Positions 54,975 through 64,000 of a stretch of 64,000 nucleotides of DNA are shown in pieces; position 1 is the stretch's first letter; every line of letters begins with the position of its first letter. Location: the NCBI RefSeq assembly GCF_006345805.1, contig NC_043002.1, forward strand, positions 62,434,001 to 62,498,000, in the 5' to 3' direction. The translations under genes were made by a program, and so were the position numbers. Below the pieces are notes generated by a model, which ran no database searches, had not been told where the DNA came from, and saw only the letters and a list, made by a program, of their open reading frames with translations. The DNA comes from Octopus sinensis. Its lineage: Eukaryota.

Positions 54975-55671
54975 TATATATATATATATCATTTCGCAAC
55001 GTTTCATGACAAGGCTCTAGAATGTACAACTAGTATGTACTGGACAAAAATCATATTGACAGAAATTACTGCAGGTTCGAACACTTGGTTGCGTTTCTGT
55101 GGATATAGAAATAACAAGAAACAGCAGCCAACTGTCCCTTAAATCGCACACCTCTGACTTAAAGAAGGAGAAAAATATTAAGAAACAAAGAAGTAACATA
55201 ATATGGTATTTTACTTCCCTTAAATTACATGGAAAAACCTTTGATCATGAAAATACCTTTCATCATATATCTGTTTCGTTGAGATGTGGCCTGGAGTTAA
55301 GCAACGACATTGTTTCATTGATCGAAGGGACATCACAAACCAAACTGTCCTCGGGTTTGAGTCGAAACCGTGATGTAAAGGATCAAAACTAAGTACTAAA
55401 TTTCTAGGCATCTTTTGAAGTCTATCTCTAATTCTCTTCTTCTATCGAAAAGTCCATTACTGGGCATTATATGAATATCTTTAACTGGCAAATAGTCAAC
55501 ATATTCCGAGTGGATGTGTATAATGAGATGACGCGAACACATTGAGAGAATACAAGAACCTCTACCTGACCGCTTGACTTACTAGAAATAACAGCCAAAT
55601 CTCCTTTTATATATCAGGTAAAGTAAGTCTAGGGTAGAAGAAATTAACTAGCCTTTATCCCCCTTAATATT

Positions 55672-55888
55672 TATTTTTTTATTGCCCACAGGGAGCTAAA
55701 CATAAAGGGGGACAAATAAGGACAGACAAAGGGATTAAGTCGAATACATCGACCCCAGTGCATAACTGGTACTTATTTAATCGACCCCGAAAGGATGGAA
55801 GGCAAAGTCAACCTCGGTGGAATTTGAACTAAAAATGTATCAGCAGAGAATTTCTCCCGGCGTGCTAACGATTCTGCCAGCTCGCCGC
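55672..55888 (-). mobile_element. SINE family B
   Basis: ..GGTACTTATTTAATCGACCCCGAAAGGATG..GCTAACGATTCTGCCAGCTCGCCGC. Confidence 0.85.
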
Positions 55889-56309
55889 TCTTAACATTAC
55901 CACCATTAATATTACCACCATGATCACCACTACAGGCAATCATACCATGATGATCATCACCATCAAAATAACTTAACATCCTTCCAATCATTACCTCGAT
56001 TATACAATGATTAGCAACGTAACCATAACCATCAGTTCTACTACTATTACAAACTTTATTGTAGCCACAATCATCACCAACACAACATCTGCCACAAACA
56101 TCATACTATGACTGCCAACACCACAACTCTCAGAATCACCCTAATCACCTGTCCCACCAAATGTATTAGCGTCAACTCAACAAGCGCTACCGGGAATATT
56201 GTCTCTGTTGCATCTACTACTGTCACCACACAACTACAACTGCAATTCTACTATTGTCTCTGCAACTGCTTTCCTATAACTGTCCTCACGATATTATCAC
56301 ATTACAGAT

Positions 56310-56650
56310 ATATTTTTCCACTCTAGGCACAAGGCCCGAAATATTTGAGTCGATTACATCGACTCCAGTACGCAACTGGTACTTAATTTATCGACCCCGA
56401 AAGGATAAAAGGCAAAGTCGACTTCGGCGGAATTTGAACACAGAACGTAAAGACAGACGACATATTACAAATATATTCTTTTCTACTCTAGGCACAAGGC
56501 CTGAAGTATTTAGGGAGGGTACCAGTCGATTAGATTGACTCCAGTACGCAACCGGTAATTAATTTATCGAGGCAAAGTCGACCTCGGCGGAATTTGAATT
56601 CAGAACGTAAATTCAGATGAAATACCTATTTCTTTATTGCCCACAAGGCC
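56310..56650 (-). mobile_element. Tandem SINE family B fragments
   Basis: Two CTCTAGGCACAAGGCC..AATTTATCGA..GGCAAAGTCGAC.TCGGCGGAATTTGAA units. Confidence 0.85.
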
Positions 56651-57451
56651 TACTCTGACTCGAAGCAGCAGCACTGTGTTAATTAACATTTCATGGATGC
56701 TAGAGGGACCGTCCAAAAGACGGTCACTCGTATATAGACGATCCTTCCGATTCAGAGAAGATTCAGCTTTGTATGTGCTCATCTGCCAGAAGATAGCTCC
56801 ATACAAATCCAGCATCTTGGTGGCTACTCTGCCTCGTGTCACTCGTTGCCGGAGACAAACAGAAATTTGAAAGATGCGTGTAGGACTACTTGTGGTCTTC
56901 CATGCCTAATATGATAATGAAGCCTTATTTTGCGTTGTGGAGGAATTAATTGTGGTTTTCAAAGAAATTTAAGGGAGTAAGCCCCTATAGAAAGCTCAGA
57001 GGGTAGGACCATTAGATACGTGCAGTTGTTTTTAACCAATATGTCACATTCTGTGGCTTCATGGATGCTTATATGTGCACGGTTACAGTGAAACGAATAT
57101 CTGTCAGTCTCTGCAGCTCCATGGATGCTGAGAACTTGTCTTTCCTCCTGGCCCATCCATGAGAGGAGAAGTGGTAAGTGTTTTCGTCTGGAAAACATCC
57201 TACGCTCAGCAGAGATGGTTCAATTACTGTCTTTCGATCAAAGACGTGAGATTAGAAATAAAACACCAAAAAGAAAAACATATCTACAACCACAACCCAG
57301 TCCTCCAAGTACAACTAGCATAAGACTCTTTATAATCGCCATTGCTCTCATTTCTTTATTAGCATCATGTAAATTACCAGCAAGAACTACCATTATCGCT
57401 ATCAACACAATTACCCCTAACCATCATAAATATTAGTATTACCTCCTCTTC

Positions 57452-57770
57452 CCGTCATCGTAGTCGTCGGCGCCACTCGTTTCTGAGGTTGGTTCATCTG
57501 CCTCCATGATCCTTAAACCTGACATGACTCAGAAGGCCAAGTCAAAGATGGAGCAGTCTCGGGCATTGATCACATGGCAGAGCGTGAGGTGATCTTCGTT
57601 GCCATTGCCGGGCCTTGCGTTTCCTTCTGTTTGCTTTTTCTTCAGTCTTTCACCTCTCATCAAAAGTGAGGCAACCGAAATGAATTGCTCTTTGCCAAAG
57701 GGGACGTTTGGCGGCTTCTGTTTCCCAGGCGTTCGGACTGATTCTGGCTTGAAGTAGGGGAAGATCTGTC
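57452..57770 (-). mobile_element. RTE-clade LINE 3' end
   Basis: Minus strand ISPNAWETEAAKRPLWQRAIHFG..RRKRK..CDQCPR..LGLLSHVR*, short 3' UTR and (GAC/GAT)n tail. Confidence 0.85.
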
Positions 57771-57899
57771 TTTCCTGCCGTCGCTACCATCACAACTATT
57801 AGCATCACTTCCACTTCTACTACGACCATAACGTCACAACCACTGGTTTAATCATAAAGACCTGAACCCCTACTACCCGATATAGCAACACTACCTCCA

Positions 57900-60100
57900 C
57901 TTCACCTCCTCAATACTACCATCACCACCACCTCTACCATTGCCATAAATGCCCCCTCAACGGCAACACTGAAGTTACCATCATCGTGATTCTTCAAACC
58001 AGAGTCGTTATCGCCGCCACCACCACCACCACCATCAACATCATCATCATCATCATCAGTTTTGGCAGCAGCATCACTACCATCATTACCACTACATCCT
58101 CCAACATGAAGAGAAACACCTCCGGATTCATCGTCACCACCACCATCGACATCACCACAACAACCATCCCCACCCACCATAACCACCACCACCACCACCT
58201 CCATCATCAAAAACACGTGATCAACGCTTCTGTCATCACTACCGTCAGTCATTGCCATCACCAACCATGTCTCCTCTGACATCAACACCAGCGACGGCAC
58301 CGCCATCGCATCACCTCCACCACCATCAATACTCCCGACACCAACACTACCATCATGGTCAGTAGCATCCCACACACCACCTCCTCCAACATTAACAAAA
58401 CGAACAACAGATCCATCGCCACCGCCACCGCCACAGCCATCACCGTTATTATCAGCACCGCCCACAGACATGCCGTCACCACCACCACCATCATACCACC
58501 AACACTAAGACAATCACAACTGCCACCATCACTCCCATCAATACCCTAACTAACACCACCACTGCTACCAACACAAGCACCAGTGAAGGCGTAATGGTGG
58601 AGTACTTAGTGCAACGGACTCGCGGTCATAAGAATGCGGTTTCGATTCCCAGACAGGGCATTGTGAGTGTTTATTGAGCAAAACCACCTAAGCTCCACAA
58701 GGCTCCGGCGGGGCGGGGCGGGGTGGTGATCCCTGCTGTACTCTTTCACCACAACTTTCTCTCACTCTTTTTTCCTACTTCTGCCACAAAGCAGAGGAAC
58801 CATGGTGTGGCCCACTATGGTGTGGTAAACTTTCAGATCCTAGTCGAGATTGCGAATCCTCTGTACCCGAGGATGGTTCAGCTCTCCACCAGTTAAAATC
58901 CACTGTTTACGGAATGAGGATAACAACGTAGCTTTCGCGCATGTGCAAAAGTCAGTCTAACGCGTGAAGAAGACACCAGCACCACTATCGCAACCACCAT
59001 TTTCACTACTGCCAGCAGCAGCAGCAGCCGTACCACCACTACCACCACCACCACCACCATCAATAACACTAACAAAGTTACTACAATCACATCAATGCTT
59101 TCACCACAACCATCCCCATCGGCACCACCATTGCAGTAGTATCTCTACCGTCATCGTTATAACCAACACCACTGCCCCACCAGAACCCCTACCATTTCCA
59201 TCATTACGACCGCCATTATGAACACTGTAGCAGCACCACCAACACCAGCTCTGCTACCATCAGCAATATCATCACTGCATCACCAGCACAACCACCAGTA
59301 CTATATCCGCAACCACAACAAGTACAACGAGAACTGCGACTACTACCACGACAAAAACTACCACCAGCACCACCACTACAACCACAACCATCACAACCAA
59401 CACAACAATAACCACAACCACTACCGCAAGAACCACCAACACAGACACAACTACCAACATGACTACGACCACAATCGCCACCACCACTACCAGCTTAAAA
59501 ACCACCGCCAGTATAAACAATACCACCACAAGCACCACCATCACCACAACCACAAATACCACTATGACCACAACCACCACCTCTGCCATAAACACCACCA
59601 CCACCACAATCATAATCCCCATCATCACCACAACCACCATCACTACCACTACAAACACCACCACCACCACCACAAGCACCACCACCACCACCACAATCAT
59701 AATCACCATCATCACCACAACCACCATCACTACCACTACAAGCACCACCACCACTACCACAAGCACCACCACCACAATCATAATCACCATCATCACCACA
59801 ACCACCACTACCAGCATCACCACAAACACCACAATCACCACCACCACTATGACGACCCCCACCAGCATAAATACCAACACCACTACCACCTCGAACGCCA
59901 CCGCCATCGCAACCACCATCATGACCACAACCAGCACAAACATCACCGCCACCACTACAACCACCACAACCACCACTACAACCACCACAACCACCACCAC
60001 CATCACCACCACTAGCACAAACACCTCCACAACCACCAGCATAACCACCACCACCACCATCAACATCCCCCATCACCACCAAGCATTGCCACAAGCTAAC
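57900..60100. repeat. (ACC/ATC/AAC)n degenerate trinucleotide low-complexity region
   Basis: A/C-rich + strand with 3-nt periodicity and ~3 higher-order units around 59590-59830. Confidence 0.9.
58583..58927 (+). mobile_element. SINE family C (tail type 4)
   Basis: GGACTCGCGGTC..GGTTTCGATTCCC..CACCTAAGCTCCAC..ACTCTTTCACCACAACTTTCTCTCACTCTTT then a distinct tail; 3' boundary uncertain. Confidence 0.75.
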
Positions 60101-60875
60101 ACATAATTGAGATCGTAAGATTTTTCCATGTCACTTTGATCATTCTTCAACCTTTAAGATCGAGAAAATTCCGAAAGGAAAATTTAATTTTGTTGTATTA
60201 AGATTTTGTTTTATATTTCTCTCCATTTAGTACACTCGATGCTGCTGCTGCTACTACTGCTGCTGTTGCTGTTGTTGTTGCTCTTGTTGTAAGTAGTCAA
60301 GATGATATATTATCCTTGTTATTTTTGTTGTTGCTCTGTCATTTTTATTGTTGTTGTTGTATTAAGTGAAGATTTCTCAATGTTTATTGTTGATAAAGCT
60401 AATGTTTATTTTTTTTTTGCAAATCTTATTTGTGGTGTAGTTAGCCACGATAATATACCAGTTGTATTTGTTGTTGCAGCGAGTGTTTATGTTGATATTG
60501 TGGTTGTTGTTGTTGTTGTTGTTATCATTATTGCTGGCAGTTTTGGCGTTGGCGATGATAGCATTGCTGATGGTGGCGTTGTTAGCTAAGCATGTTGTAC
60601 GATATTAAAGAAAGACGTTTGTTTTGTATTTGATTTCTGTTGTGTAACCCCGGGTCGGTTCTGATTGAGCAGTTCTATGAACAACGTTTTTCCAGCCGTG
60701 AACAACCTATTTTAAATGTATAGCCATGACTAGATTTTCTAATATGATATTTCTTGTCTGAATTAGAAGTAGCGTGATCTCAGGCAGTCGGGAGGCGTGG
60801 CTGCTATTTCTAGGTTTGTATGTCCGCGGAAGGGTTACCTCAAGTTGATGCTGTAAATGTGGCAATTCTAGATAG

Positions 60876-60959
60876 TTTGATGGCTGCTTTGGGGGTTGAT
60901 TTCGGGGCTGGTTTGGGGGCTGGTTTAGGTGTTACTTTGGGGATCGGTTTGTGAAGAAA
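60876..60959. repeat. 12-nt minisatellite, 7 diverged units
   Basis: TTT recurs every 12 nt (e.g. TTTGGGGGCTGG). Confidence 0.85.
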
Positions 60960-61029
60960 TGGGGTTGCTTTTATTCTCTTCAATGTTTTTGTAAATAGAT
61001 GTCTCTTTGTTTTCTACTTTCAATATTGC

Positions 61030-61258
61030 TAGATGGATGGATGGGTGGATAGATGGGTGAAAAAGTGAAAGAAATGAAGATGGGTGGATAGATAGATAGA
61101 TACATAGAAAGAGAGGTAGAGATAGAGAGAGAAACAGATAGATATAGGTAGGTCCGTTGGTAGGCAGGCAGGCAGATTGGACGGTAGGTAGGTAGGTAGG
61201 TAGGTAGGTAGGTAGATAGGTAGGTGGGTAAGTAAGTAGACAGATTGGAAGATAGAAC

Positions 61259-61319
<61 letters not shown>

Positions 61320-61940
61320 AAGAAAGAAAGAAAAAACAAACAAACAAACAAAAAAGAGAGGTAGAGATAGAAAGATAGATATATAGATATATAGATTGAA
61401 AAACAGATCGATATATAGGTAGTTAGGAGAGGTATTAAAATATCGCCTTATTCGTATATGTTTCCCTCTGCCCACCTATTAAGGTAATCAGTAATATGTA
61501 ACGAAATACAAAACGGCGGTCGGTTAATTATGGTATTAAGGAAACTTCAATACGTAATTATAATTAGGGGGACAGTAAATATTAAATGCCGAAATAATAG
61601 GGAAACACTTAGAGAAGAGCGCTCTAAAACACAAAGATGTATAACAATATGAATTTCATCTTTTATAAGGGACATCGACTCGGTCATAATGAAATCATAG
61701 GAATAGAAGTGCGAATGATTGTACTCTGTGGCGGTATTGCACTGAAGTTGTATAATCATATTTTTAGCCTGATCAAATACAAGGGATTTGTGGAAAGGCA
61801 AAAAGAGCCTTTAAAGATTTTTGAATAAGCATGGCGTGTGTGTGTGTGTGTGTGTTATACACGACCGTGTATATATGTATGTGTGTACGTGCGTGTATAT
61901 ACACGCACATATAGAGATAGAGAAAGATAGATAGATAGAT

Positions 61941-62008
<68 letters not shown>

Positions 62009-62014
62009 AGATAG

Positions 62015-62070
<56 letters not shown>

Positions 62071-63043
62071 AATAGCTATATAGATATACAGATGTACATA
62101 CATAAAAAACACGTTTATTAATACAGACACTCATAGATATGCCCACGGATATGTATGCTAATATAGATGTGTTTATCTAGCTATGATATATCTATCTGTC
62201 TGTCTTTATATCCGTGTGTCTAAGCGCGGATATACTTGTGCATATATATTTGTGTATGTATGTTTGTGTGAGTGTGTGTATGTGTGGTGGCGTATTGCTT
62301 CACTCACAGCTACTAGAGTGTGTGAGTGTGTATGTAAGAGATAGATCGTATGTTGGAAAGACAGATGAGAAAAGAGTAGAGAGAGAAAGTGAGAGATTGA
62401 AAAAAAGAGAGATAAAAATGCGAAACAGTAGAGAGAGGTTAGAGAGAAACCAAACCAATTAAAGAGATTGGTGAAGACTAGTGACTCATTGAGGAGTTTG
62501 AACCTAACATAAAACGTAAAGTAAAAGAAGAAAAAACAATATGGAGAATGACTTTTCCTCCATTACAACTTAGCTTCAATGTTGGATTCCGTGGCAATTT
62601 CCTCTTTGAACGACTCAACAACCATTTAAATAAATTATTAAAAATGTATAAAATATTCTACTGAAAAACAATGGGACACAGTAAATAAGTGGTTCTGGAA
62701 ATTAAAGTGACGGTTTCGACTTCAATCAAAAAGCAGAACAAAAATAATCTATGTTAGAAATTTTGTTTGTCCCTTTGTACGACTTCGGTTTTATTCGCCT
62801 TCTGAGACTTTTCTTTTTCTTCGCCTTTTTTTATCCATTTCTAATTTTTTTCTTTCTTCTTCCTATATTTATTTCTATATCTAATTATTACTTCTGTCTA
62901 TCTGTCTGTCTGTCTATTTGTCTGTCCTTCTTTCACGTCTACCATTTCTATTTACATTTCTATTGCTAATGTCTGCCTTTCTTTTCCATCCACTACCATT
63001 TTCCCCGTCTCTATGTGTGTGTGTTTCTGCTTGTCTGTCTGTA

Positions 63044-63090
<47 letters not shown>

Positions 63091-63430
63091 TTTGCCTCTA
63101 TATTCCTCTCTCTCTCTCTCCTTACTATTCTCTCGTTTGCTCTCTCTCTCTCTGGTTCTCATTCTATTTCATTGCAGCCAAACTCATTGTCTCTTCTTTC
63201 GAAACAGCCTTTCTTTTAAACATTCATTTACTAACACTCATTATATTTTTACTTATCTCTTCCTTATCCTCTCATTCTCTTTTTCTTTCTCATCCTTATT
63301 CTCTCTATCAGTGTTCATTCCCTCTTCTGTTTTTCCTTCCTCTCCTTTTTCCTTCTCAATCTCAGGATATTGTTCACCTTTGTAAAGCTATCTCTTTTTC
63401 TCCTCTCCATCTCTCTCTCTCTCTCTCTCG

Positions 63431-63523
<93 letters not shown>

Positions 63524-63564
63524 ATATCTCTCTTTCTATCTATCTATCTATACCTCTCTTTCTT

Positions 63565-63625
<61 letters not shown>

Positions 63626-63728
63626 TTATCTATCTCTACCTCTATTTCTATCTATCTCTTTAGCTATCTATCTATCTATCTCTACCTCTCTTTCTATCTA
63701 TCTATTTAGCTATCTATCTATCTATCTA

Positions 63729-63770
<42 letters not shown>

Positions 63771-63787
63771 ATCTATCTATCTATCTA

Positions 63788-63834
<47 letters not shown>

Positions 63835-63875
63835 ATATCTCTCTTTCTATCTATCTATCTATACCTCTCTTTCTT

Positions 63876-63948
<73 letters not shown>

Positions 63949-64000
63949 TTATCTATCTCTACCTCTCTTTCTATCTATCTCTTTAGCTATCTATCTATCT
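61030..64000. repeat. (TAGA)n, (TAGG)n, (TA)n, (CT)n and (TCTA)n clusters
   Basis: Direct periodicity at 61030-61360, 61920-62070 and 63040-64000. Confidence 0.9.

Noticed and set aside
56650-57250. Coding-like sequence, possibly an old LINE 3' fragment
   Set aside because: Only a weak ET..F.C resemblance; cannot be assigned
63015-63986. Longest ORF in the track (323 aa)
   Set aside because: CT/TCTA/TA repeat translation

Overview
AT-rich, microsatellite-saturated eukaryotic DNA that reads as intronic or intergenic. The SINE families and the (TA)n/(TAGA)n/(CA)n landscape resemble Octopus (coleoid cephalopod) genomes; this is recall, not a database match. I see no intact host gene, and most ORF-track entries are translated microsatellites. 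Retroelement content: two decayed Tx1/L1-like LINEs, a tandem cluster of R4/Dong-type LINE pieces in (TAA)n, an RTE 3' fragment, at least four tRNA-derived SINE families and presumed Penelope-like terminal fragments with hammerhead-like motifs. DNA transposon content: Tc1/Tc3, mariner, rosa (DD41D) and hAT relics, MITEs and two non-autonomous Helitrons. Best leads: hammerhead-like motifs, two with a non-canonical YCGAnGAA core; two long near-perfect fold-backs; a candidate 6-nt microexon plus other small + strand exon candidates; one SINE body with four different 3' tails; and a 12-nt repeat with a coding-like variation pattern.
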